From Sphingobacteriia bacterium (GTDB lineage: Bacteria; Bacteroidota; Bacteroidia; Bacteroidales; UBA7960), in the NCBI GenBank assembly GCA_011390575.1, contig JAABSE010000011.1, positions 102 through 64,101 on the forward strand: a stretch of DNA of 64,000 bases, read 5' to 3'. A program made the translations under genes and the position numbers. Under the pieces are notes generated by a model, which was not told the DNA's origin, did no database searches, and was given only the letters and a program-made list of their open reading frames with translations. Shown one piece after another: positions 27,419-35,836 of this stretch; positions within the stretch are counted from its first letter, which is position 1, and the number at the start of each line of letters is the position of its first letter.

Positions 27419-30400
27419 AAAAAGCGGGTCCGCACCAATAGTGCCCACCAGGTCTTCCAGGTATTCGGGCCGTTCCACTTTGGCAAGCTCAGCTTTGGCT
27501 CTGTCCAGTTTTTCTCCAAGATTAAGTTCGAGAGTAACCGGTTGGTTAACTTCACTGGACATAAACTCTTCCAGGTATCGGATGTGTTTTTTCCAGAGTG
27601 CAATATCTTTTTGCTGCTTCAGTTGGAGTCTTTCCTTGTACCAGTCGCTGTTGATGACATATTCTCTTGTAAACAATCCGCGGATTTCCGGATCATTGAT
27701 GTCCTTGTTGTTGTAATGTCCGTGTGCCATAATATGCAGCAGGGCTTTCAGCGGTGGTATTGCAGATTCTACGCTTCCATCAGCAAAATATTGCAAAGCC
27801 ACTTTTTGCTGTGCCTCACAGATATTTTTGATGCCATCCACAAAATCTTCCATGGACTGCATCTCAGGACGCAATACTTCTTTGGAGAAGATATTCATGG
27901 GTTCTTCAAATATTCTACCCAGGTATTTGAAGGCAAAAGCCTCGTTGATACGGTAGCCCAGGCGGCTGGCCAGAATTTTCTCTCCCTTGTGTTCAAAGTC
28001 GTCTATTTTGTCCAGCAAGCCTTCTTTGATGAGAAATTCTCCGGATTTCTCGTTGGCATCCAGTCGACACCATAACTCAGGGATGAGGATGCTAAGGTCG
28101 TGATCAAACCTGTATCTGGGGCCTATGTGACCGGCAGCACTTGAAAAAGCATTGTAGCCGGTAAGGATATAAGATACCAGAGCATTGTTAAGGTCTGTTG
28201 TGGGCACCAGCATATTGAAGGGGCCTTTGGTGAGGGCACCTTCGGAGCCTGCACCTGTAGTAGAAGGCGATTTGCCGGTAAGGCTGCACACAAAATCCAT
28301 AAATAATTCGGGCAGTTCCTGGTAATGGATGGGTGCATATACACTCAGAGGTCTGATTCCTTTCTTTTTATTAGAAGGGTTGTTGCGTCTGCCGGGCAAA
28401 ACATCGTTTACCGGGAACAAGGTCGGTTTGTCGAGAGGCACTTTTCGGGCAAAACGTACACCCACATGGGCCAGATAGCCATCTGCAGGGTTGTTAAACT
28501 CAGGTCTTGACTGCAGGTATCTTGGATTTTCAGAAATAGAACCATCAGCAAGCCGGCGGGGGTGAGAGGGCGAAATGAAATATACCCCGCTATCATCCTG
28601 TGCTCCATATTTAATCAGGTCTTTGATGGGTTGCGTGTATTTGTCAAACCCGATGGCTTCTTCAATAATTTCTTTCCCATCTTTTGCTGTCAGGGGCTGA
28701 TAATTGGTGGTAAAATTATTCATCTGCGACAGGTCGGCTTCAGCCTGTTTGTCATATCCACGGTTAATGGCTTCATCGGGCCGCTGGAAGAAGAGGTATT
28801 CACAGTTTTGTACAAACTTTACACTCTTGCGGGTAGAGCCCGGGCGTAAGTATTCCAGTTTGCTGGCCGGCAGGGTAAGGGTTGCAGAAATATCATCTTC
28901 CATCTGTACTTTCGCTGCTGCAATAAAGTCGGGACGCAATGAAAATACATTCCACGAACCATTCTCTTCATAACCAACCCTAAGGTAGGAAGTGCTGATT
29001 TTCCTGTTGTCAAACATCAGGGCGTGGCCCTTACGTCCGTTTACACGGTCAACAGAAAAATACTCATGCCAGTCCTTGTTCTGGTTACCCGAAGTAAGAC
29101 TAATACGCTTAATAAGCAATACCAGGGCTTTAACATGATCAGGTATATTTTTGAGGTATTTGTTGTAAGTAACGCTATATCCTCTGTAGGGGGTCAAAAG
29201 CTTGATGACGGAACCCAATGTTCGTTTGTTGTCAAGTAGTTTGCGCTTGTCAGAACCATGACGCGAGCGATCCTCCCAGCGGGTGCTGAAGTCATAATCA
29301 ATTACTTCCTGTGCTTTGGCAAAGTCTTTTTCAATATCATCAATAAAGAAGTTGCCATAAATAATTGCATTAAGCAATGATTTTGATATTTCAGATTTTC
29401 CCCCACCGGAAACGGTGCTGGGCTTGTGCAAAAAGCTTCCTTCTGCCTGGGTCACCACAAGGCGCCAATCCGGTGCAAAGGGGTGTTTTTCCATGTGCAC
29501 TTTAAATCCACAGGGCAGCACGTAATAATGGTTTTTCAGCAGATTGATTTGTCTTTCCTTTCCTTTGTAATCCCAGGAAACCGTGCTTTTATAAAGGTCA
29601 ATTCTGGCATTTTCGGGGACGTAAACCACCTCGGGCAATTGTTTGTCAATACCGTAATTTTCTTCCTTCAGGTGCATCATGGGTGCATAATGCTTTTTGA
29701 TATCCTCAAATGTGTAAGCATCGGGGAATCTTTCGGTTAAGACCTTTGCATCAAAATAGTTTCCCATATTTCTTCTGGAAAAGGCAAGTGCACCACCTGC
29801 ATGCTCCTCTTCACAATTACCGCTCAGGTTGGCTGCATAGGAAAGTTGGGTTTTTACTTCCTTCTTACTGTAACCAAAATAATTGTCGGCAATCAGGGTA
29901 ACCACCACACCGCTCTCGTCGCGGCAGGTAAGTTTAAAAGCTGTGCCATCGTTATAGTATTCATTTTCATCTTTCCAGCACATACCGTCTTTTCTCATCT
30001 TTTCACTTGCATCTTCCCAGTGTGGCAGTCCGATGTCTTTCTTTTTCATCTTAGTGAGATGGGGGGCAAGGATAACACAGCCGGTATGTCCCGACCAGTG
30101 CTCGGGGTCGAGTCCTGCATCGTTTTTGTGCAGATAGGGGTCTCCTGCATTGCCAAAAATGCTTTCTACAAAATCAAGGTTACTCACAAAAGCTCCGGGG
30201 GCAAAAAAGCGAAATTCAATGCTTTTCTGGGGCGAGTAATCTTTCACTTCAGGGCTTACCGTGGGGCGCAGCATAAGAGAAACAAATACTTTGGCCTTTT
30301 TTTCCTGTGAAGCAGTAAAAGGAAGAATCATGTAGTCTTCCGGTGGATTCAGGGCTGCATTAAGCAGATGGGCGAAAGCAATTTTGGGAACAGCCTTTTT

Positions 30401-30892
30401 GTCTTCAGGAATGGGCAGTCCCCCTTTTACAATATGAAACGACCCTTTGGTAGTGCGGCGGTCGCTGGCCGGATTGTGCAGAATGCCTTGGCGGATGCGG
30501 TAGGATTCGTAGTGGGGTGTACTGTAAGAATTTTTGTCGGGAGGAAGGCTTACTTCGCGTCCTATACCCGGCTTGTCAAGTACAAACGAGTCAAACGGTA
30601 TGCGAAGGTTTTTGTCGAATTCCACATCGCTCAGATAATTGTTGATGAAATTCTGGATGCGCTTGTCAACCGGGTTGATAACCTCTTTCGAGAGCAGGCG
30701 CATTTTTTCTTTATAATTGTTGAGAAGACTTTCGGCAAGGTTTACAAATTCCTGTTCTGTCATTCCGTCTTCCTGGATGTGGAGTTGCCCCTCAAAGATG
30801 GGTTGGCCCATGGATGCCAGTTTCATGTTAATATAGCGTATTACATCGCGACGGCGACGACCTGTAATAGGTTCTGTGGAATGATAGTTCAT
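27410..30892 (-). CDS. large cytosolic enzyme, candidate PPi-dependent phosphoenolpyruvate carboxykinase (PPi-PEPCK family)
   Basis: The uninterrupted 1160-aa ORF is certainly a gene. The function call rests on size (~130 kDa, as for the Entamoeba/Propionibacterium PPi-PEPCKs), a PEPCK kinase-1a-like loop VSGGGKSE (compare LSGTGKTT), the absence of motifs of other 1100-1200-aa enzymes (no Fe-S Cys clusters, no biotin/lipoyl site) and a central-metabolism neighbourhood. Confidence 0.4.
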   Translation of the reverse strand: MNYHSTEPITGRRRRDVIRYINMKLASMGQPIFEGQLHIQEDGMTEQEFVNLAESLLNNYKEKMRLLSKEVINPVDKRIQNFINNYLSDVEFDKNLRIPFDSFVLDKPGIGREVSLPPDKNSYSTPHYESYRIRQGILHNPASDRRTTKGSFHIVKGGLPIPEDKKAVPKIAFAHLLNAALNPPEDYMILPFTASQEKKAKVFVSLMLRPTVSPEVKDYSPQKSIEFRFFAPGAFVSNLDFVESIFGNAGDPYLHKNDAGLDPEHWSGHTGCVILAPHLTKMKKKDIGLPHWEDASEKMRKDGMCWKDENEYYNDGTAFKLTCRDESGVVVTLIADNYFGYSKKEVKTQLSYAANLSGNCEEEHAGGALAFSRRNMGNYFDAKVLTERFPDAYTFEDIKKHYAPMMHLKEENYGIDKQLPEVVYVPENARIDLYKSTVSWDYKGKERQINLLKNHYYVLPCGFKVHMEKHPFAPDWRLVVTQAEGSFLHKPSTVSGGGKSEISKSLLNAIIYGNFFIDDIEKDFAKAQEVIDYDFSTRWEDRSRHGSDKRKLLDNKRTLGSVIKLLTPYRGYSVTYNKYLKNIPDHVKALVLLIKRISLTSGNQNKDWHEYFSVDRVNGRKGHALMFDNRKISTSYLRVGYEENGSWNVFSLRPDFIAAAKVQMEDDISATLTLPASKLEYLRPGSTRKSVKFVQNCEYLFFQRPDEAINRGYDKQAEADLSQMNNFTTNYQPLTAKDGKEIIEEAIGFDKYTQPIKDLIKYGAQDDSGVYFISPSHPRRLADGSISENPRYLQSRPEFNNPADGYLAHVGVRFARKVPLDKPTLFPVNDVLPGRRNNPSNKKKGIRPLSVYAPIHYQELPELFMDFVCSLTGKSPSTTGAGSEGALTKGPFNMLVPTTDLNNALVSYILTGYNAFSSAAGHIGPRYRFDHDLSILIPELWCRLDANEKSGEFLIKEGLLDKIDDFEHKGEKILASRLGYRINEAFAFKYLGRIFEEPMNIFSKEVLRPEMQSMEDFVDGIKNICEAQQKVALQYFADGSVESAIPPLKALLHIMAHGHYNNKDINDPEIRGLFTREYVINSDWYKERLQLKQQKDIALWKKHIRYLEEFMSSEVNQPVTLELNLGEKLDRAKAELAKVERPEYLEDLVGTIGADPLFKD

Positions 30893-31213
30893 CTGAATAA
30901 CATTTTAAAGATTTGACATAATAAAACCCAATAACACTACACACAAAAATTGCACATACGATTTTGCCATTGCAAAACAGGATGCAGTTGTTGTGGTGTT
31001 GGTTTTACGTTATATTTTTTGATTGCCATCCGGGGCTTGTCCAAACCATTGTAAACCTTGGAGAGCATCGGCGAACACCTCCCATAATGCTGTCAGGCGG
31101 GCGGTATTGCCTGTGGTACAAAGATAAGAATATAAATGATTCAGAACGGGGCAGAGAGGGGGAAAACAGCATGCCAGATGCTGAAATATTTGAAAATCAG
31201 GATGACCTCAAAG

Positions 31214-31244
31214 CAAAAAAAGGCCATCCTGTGAAGGACAGCCT
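31214..31244 (-). terminator. probable intrinsic terminator of gdh (minus strand)
   Basis: Imperfect stem ggccatcct / ggacagcc (31222-31230 / 31236-31243). The A8 run at 31214-31221 is a U-tract on the minus strand. Confidence 0.45.
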
Positions 31245-31268
31245 TTTGAATGAAAATATTTACAGGAG

Positions 31269-32606
31269 TTATATAACGCCCTGGTCTATCATTGCATCAG
31301 CAACTTTGATAAAACCTGCAACGTTAGAACCTTTTACATAGTTTACAAATCCAGTCTCATCTTTTCCATGTTTAACACATGCTTCATGGATGTTGATCAT
31401 GATCTGGTGCAGTTTTTCTTCTACCTCTTCTGCAGTCCAGTTCAGTTTCATGGCGTTCTGGGTTTGTTCCAGACCTGAAGTGGCAACACCACCTGCGTTG
31501 GAAGCTTTTCCGGGGCCGTAAAGAATTTTGGCTTTCAGGAAAATCTCCATGGCTTCAGGAGTACAAGGCATGTTGGCACCTTCTGAAACGCACATTACAC
31601 CATTGTTAACCAAAGTTTGAGCATCTTCAGCGTTGAGCTCATTCTGGATAGCGCAAGGAAGGGCAACATCAACCTTCACTTCCCACGGGCGCTTTCCTTC
31701 GAAGAACTGAGCGTTGGGGAATTCATAGGTGTAAGGCTTAACAATGTCCTGGTTGGAAGCACGCAGCTCAAGCAGGTAATCAATCTTCTCGCCACTGATA
31801 CCATCGGGGTCATAAACGTATCCGTCAGGTCCGCTGATGGTAACTACTCTTGCTCCCAGTTGGGTAGCTTTGATGATAGAACCCCATGATACGTTACCGA
31901 AACCAGATACAGAAACAATTTTTCCTTTCATGGATTCACCGCGGGTTTTGAGCATTTCTTCAGCGAAATAAACATTGCCAAAACCGGTAGCTTCAGGACG
32001 AATCAATGATCCACCCCATCCACGACCTTTGCCGGTGAATACGCCATGATGTTCGCCTACAAGCTTTTTGTACATGCCAAACATATATCCAATCTCGCGG
32101 CCACCAACGCCGATATCTCCGGCAGGAATATCTCTGTCGGGTCCGACATATTTGTAAAGCTCAGCCATGAAAGCCTGGCAGAAACGCATGATTTCAGCGT
32201 TGGATTTTCCTTTGGGGTCAAAATCGCTACCACCTTTTGCACCACCCATAGGCAGGGTAGTAAGACTGTTTTTGAAAATCTGTTCGAAACCGAGGAACTT
32301 CAAACCACCTTCTGTAACACTGGGGTGGAAACGACAGCCCCCTTTGTAAGGTCCAATGGCATTGTTGAACTGCACGCGGTAACCTCTGTTTACCTGTACG
32401 TTACCTTTGTCGTCCATCCACTGAACTTTGAATTTGATAACTCTGTCGGGTTCAATAATTCTTTCTATGATGTTTGCAGCTTCATACTTCGGGTTTTCTT
32501 TCACTACGTCTTCAATAGTTTCCAAAACCTCTTTCACTGCCTGAAGGAACTCAGGTTGACCGGGATTTTTTTTCTCCAGGTCGGCCATAATTTTTTCCAA
32601 GTTCAT
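31269..32606 (-). CDS. gdh: glutamate dehydrogenase (hexameric 50-kDa class), paralog 1
   Basis: 445 aa. Active-site Lys region [17 protein letters not shown]. Dinucleotide fold VSGFGNVSWG...VVTISGPDGYVYDPDG. Confidence 0.95.
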   Translation of the reverse strand: MNLEKIMADLEKKNPGQPEFLQAVKEVLETIEDVVKENPKYEAANIIERIIEPDRVIKFKVQWMDDKGNVQVNRGYRVQFNNAIGPYKGGCRFHPSVTEGGLKFLGFEQIFKNSLTTLPMGGAKGGSDFDPKGKSNAEIMRFCQAFMAELYKYVGPDRDIPAGDIGVGGREIGYMFGMYKKLVGEHHGVFTGKGRGWGGSLIRPEATGFGNVYFAEEMLKTRGESMKGKIVSVSGFGNVSWGSIIKATQLGARVVTISGPDGYVYDPDGISGEKIDYLLELRASNQDIVKPYTYEFPNAQFFEGKRPWEVKVDVALPCAIQNELNAEDAQTLVNNGVMCVSEGANMPCTPEAMEIFLKAKILYGPGKASNAGGVATSGLEQTQNAMKLNWTAEEVEEKLHQIMINIHEACVKHGKDETGFVNYVKGSNVAGFIKVADAMIDQGVI

Positions 32607-32783
32607 ATCTGAGTATTTTTTTAAGTTGATAATAAGGGTGAAACGTTAATTGTTTATCAATTAACAGGGCGAAATTAGCCTTATTTTACTGATTGGCAAA
32701 GCAATTTGAGAAAATTATTTTAACGCAAATTAATAAGCGGATAAGCCTGTGGAATAGTGCTTTGGCGCGTTGTTAATTTTCTA

Positions 32784-35700
32784 TCAATTCAAAGGTTTGC
32801 AAACAATTCCCTTTTTCTTTCTACCGTCAATTTTTACAATTGCCGGTTGCGAAAAACGGATGTGCCGTACAAATTCATCCTCAAAAATTGCAGGTTGCTG
32901 GTTAAGAAATTTTACATCATAAAATCCCTCTTTGATAAAAGGGTTGATGGTAAAATATCCCACATTGAAAGATGTCAGATTCTGGAAGAAATGGGTTCCC
33001 TGGCTTGGGTCAATCTGAAAGTTCTTCAGACCTGCTTCAATAATGAGCCTGGCGGCAGAAATCTGCGACCATTTTACCGGTACTCCCAGCCATGGATCGC
33101 TGGAACCCCAGCGGCCCGGGCCAATAAGAATGTAGTTATCCTTGCGTTGGGTAAAACCGGTATTCAGCTTGTCAATGGTTTGAGCGATGGTTTTGGTATG
33201 GGCAGGGTCGAAAACATCCGGTTTTACATACACCACATCCTTCACATTGTCTACAATGCCATTGCCCAGTGCCTGTTCACTGTATATGATGGTTTCTTCT
33301 TCCTTGTGTTCTTCAAGGTCAATCTGATTTTTTTCCTGGGTTTCGACTACGGGCCGGATTTGCAGGAAATGAAATATCCGGGGTTGGTTTTCAGGCGTGT
33401 CAAGATTGACCGAGAACTCAATTTCCACCTGGTTGTTCATTTCCATCTGACCGATCTTCAGGATTTTTTGCAGAATTTCTGACAAAGGGAAGGAGTTGTA
33501 CTTGAGGATGTTGGAGAATGTAATGATCTTTTTTCCTCCTTCATAGATGCCATCGCGAATAATCTGGTCATGGTAGTCGAAGGTTGATGCAACAAATTTG
33601 AGGGCTTTGTCATTTTCTGCATGCTTGATGCGCAATTTGAGCAGGTTAATGGTTTCATCTACCGATGAGTGAAATTTCTCCGGGTCCAGGTCCAATGCAT
33701 AAAATTCTTTCTGGCTGTCGGTAAGTGCAAGCTCAGGCACCGAAAGTTGTAATACCTTTTGGGGATATTTGGGGCAGAACCTCATAGAAATTCCCCCTTC
33801 CACAATGGTTTTCCCCAGACCGAAAGCGATGTTGGCAATGCCATCTTCATATTTCTCGGGTTCTATAGGATAAAAATTGATAGAGCGTGCCACACCTGAT
33901 ATGGCAGGATAGAATCGGTTTCCATAGCTTCTGCCGGATATTTCCTGGATTACCACACCCATTTTTTCCTCATCAATCACATTGGAAGTGGCCGCAATGT
34001 AAGCTTTACTTTCTTTATAGAAAACAGAAGCATAAACGCTTTTGATGGCCTGTTCCAGCTGGAAGGTTCTTATTCGGTCATCGTGATGGTTGTTAGGAAT
34101 CATAAAAGTGGAATAGACCCCGGCAAAGGGCTGATAATGACTGTCTTCCAGTAAGCTGGAAGAGCGAACGGCAAGGGGGGATTTGATGGCTTCGCAAATT
34201 TCGGCAACATACTTGCGCATGCGCGAAGGAGTAATGGCATTGCTGAATTTCTCAATGACTTCTTCGTCGGAAACATCGGACAGTGCAAAATCATACAGGT
34301 TATTGTCCTCCATAAATTCATCAAAAAGGTCGGTAGTGAGCACAACGGTTCTGGGGATGGTTACCATGGCATCTTCCCAGTGAAACATCAGTTTGTATTT
34401 ATTAATGAAGGAGTCAATAAATGCCAGACCGCGGGCTTTGCCACCCAGCTGGCCGTCGCCCAGGCGGGTAAAGATAGCATATTCATCTATGTGGCTGGCG
34501 ATAATGCCTCGGCCCTTGGTTTTCCGGTAATTGGCAATGGTGTCAATCAGATAGCTCCTGATTTCTTCAATGTTGTTGAAATCATCCATGCTCTTCTGGG
34601 CAAATACATTGGCAATGGAAAACAAGGCCCTGGCCTTGAGCCAGCGGGAGAAGTGGTTGTTGGAAACATGATAAATGAGAGATTTGGAGTCTAGTCTGGA
34701 AATTTTTACCTGCAGCGAGTGCAGATTGTTGGCCCTGTCAATCTCCACATCTCTTTCGGGATCTCTGAACACAAAATCACCAAACCCATAGTTTTCCTTA
34801 ATGTAATGCTTGAGCTCCAGGAGCAGGGTTTGCGAATATTTATTGATGAAGTTTACGCCCAGTTCTTCCATCACAGCATAATCCCAGTCATCGGAAGATT
34901 GGAGCAAAACAGGCATTTTTGAGCCTTCATCTCTTATAAGCCGGGCCAGTTTGATGCCGGCTTCCTTGTCTTTTTCCCCATCTCTGTAATAAGATATGTC
35001 GGAAATGACCCCGAGCAGGTTATGTTTGTATTTATGGTACAATTCTACAGCATCATCAAAGGTTTTTGCCAGCAAAATCTTGGGTCGTGCCCGCATGCGA
35101 AGGGTTTTGCGGTGCTCGTTGAGCCCTTCGGTCATCAGTTCGTTGGTTTGTTCGAAAATTGCTTTGTAAATCGTGGGCAGGTACGAGGAATAGTAACGGA
35201 TAGAATCCTCCACCAGCAGTATGGCTTGCACTCCTTTTTGTTCTACATCATAATCGGCGTTCATCTTGTCTTCCAGGAGCTTGATGATGGCCAGCAACAA
35301 ACCGGGGTTGCCCAGCCAGCAAAATACGTAATCAATGGAACTCAGGTCCTCATTGGCCAGCTTCAGGGTTACCTCCCTTGAAAAATGGGTGAGTACCACA
35401 ATGGGAATATCCGTATAGCGTCGCTTTACCTTTTTGGCCATTTCAAAAGCATCTATCTTACCCACGTTGAGCATGGTAATCACCAGGTCAAACTTCTTCT
35501 TCTCCAGCAGCTCGAAGGCTTTTTCCGATGAGCTTGCCTGTGTGAACTGCGGAGGATAACGCAGGTTCTTGGAAGTGTACTCCAGGAAAATCTTTTCATT
35601 GATCCTGCCGTCTTCTTCCAGCATGAAAGCATCATAGTTGGAGCAGATGAGCAAAACATTGATGATTCGCTCCTGCATCAACTCCTGGTATGAAATTTCA

Positions 35701-35786
35701 TTGAACTCGTGCCTGTCGGTGGAGAAGAGTTCGTTGTATTTGTATTTTGACCGGGATTCTTTTAAGTGTGTTGTGTTATCTTCCAT
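32784..35786 (-). CDS. pseudo-receiver + receiver + PEP/pyruvate-binding-type (PPDK_N ATP-grasp) domain protein with an uncharacterised C-terminal domain
   Basis: 1000 aa. REC2 motifs are ILLVEDS...LLGVISDISY...PVLLQSS...FINK. ATP-grasp motifs are GGKARGLAF, LAVRSSSLLEDSHYQPFAGVYSTF, MGVVIQE, ISGVARSINFYP and EIEFSVNLD. The C-terminal domain has GPGRWGSSDPWLGVPVKWSQIS and DPSQGTHFFQNLTSFNVGYF. Confidence 0.8.
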   Translation of the reverse strand: MEDNTTHLKESRSKYKYNELFSTDRHEFNEISYQELMQERIINVLLICSNYDAFMLEEDGRINEKIFLEYTSKNLRYPPQFTQASSSEKAFELLEKKKFDLVITMLNVGKIDAFEMAKKVKRRYTDIPIVVLTHFSREVTLKLANEDLSSIDYVFCWLGNPGLLLAIIKLLEDKMNADYDVEQKGVQAILLVEDSIRYYSSYLPTIYKAIFEQTNELMTEGLNEHRKTLRMRARPKILLAKTFDDAVELYHKYKHNLLGVISDISYYRDGEKDKEAGIKLARLIRDEGSKMPVLLQSSDDWDYAVMEELGVNFINKYSQTLLLELKHYIKENYGFGDFVFRDPERDVEIDRANNLHSLQVKISRLDSKSLIYHVSNNHFSRWLKARALFSIANVFAQKSMDDFNNIEEIRSYLIDTIANYRKTKGRGIIASHIDEYAIFTRLGDGQLGGKARGLAFIDSFINKYKLMFHWEDAMVTIPRTVVLTTDLFDEFMEDNNLYDFALSDVSDEEVIEKFSNAITPSRMRKYVAEICEAIKSPLAVRSSSLLEDSHYQPFAGVYSTFMIPNNHHDDRIRTFQLEQAIKSVYASVFYKESKAYIAATSNVIDEEKMGVVIQEISGRSYGNRFYPAISGVARSINFYPIEPEKYEDGIANIAFGLGKTIVEGGISMRFCPKYPQKVLQLSVPELALTDSQKEFYALDLDPEKFHSSVDETINLLKLRIKHAENDKALKFVASTFDYHDQIIRDGIYEGGKKIITFSNILKYNSFPLSEILQKILKIGQMEMNNQVEIEFSVNLDTPENQPRIFHFLQIRPVVETQEKNQIDLEEHKEEETIIYSEQALGNGIVDNVKDVVYVKPDVFDPAHTKTIAQTIDKLNTGFTQRKDNYILIGPGRWGSSDPWLGVPVKWSQISAARLIIEAGLKNFQIDPSQGTHFFQNLTSFNVGYFTINPFIKEGFYDVKFLNQQPAIFEDEFVRHIRFSQPAIVKIDGRKKKGIVCKPLN

Positions 35787-35836
35787 TGAAAAAAAGCGTA
35801 TTGGAGTTTCTTACTAAGGTTTTTCTGCCTGTAATT

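Noticed and set aside
27341-28075. 244-aa plus-strand ORF (GTG start) running through the terminator, the hexamer repeat and the 3' end of the 1160-aa gene
   Set aside because: It begins inside the terminator hairpin and translates the microsatellite as LSLSLSLSL. It is an antisense artefact. The same applies to 32757-33482, 38801-39382, 36167-36553 and 45769-46464.
30964-31341. 125-aa plus-strand ORF in the spacer, overlapping the 3' end and terminator of gdh
   Set aside because: It runs antisense through a terminator and a gene end and has no motifs. The region is better treated as an upstream/leader region of the 1160-aa gene.
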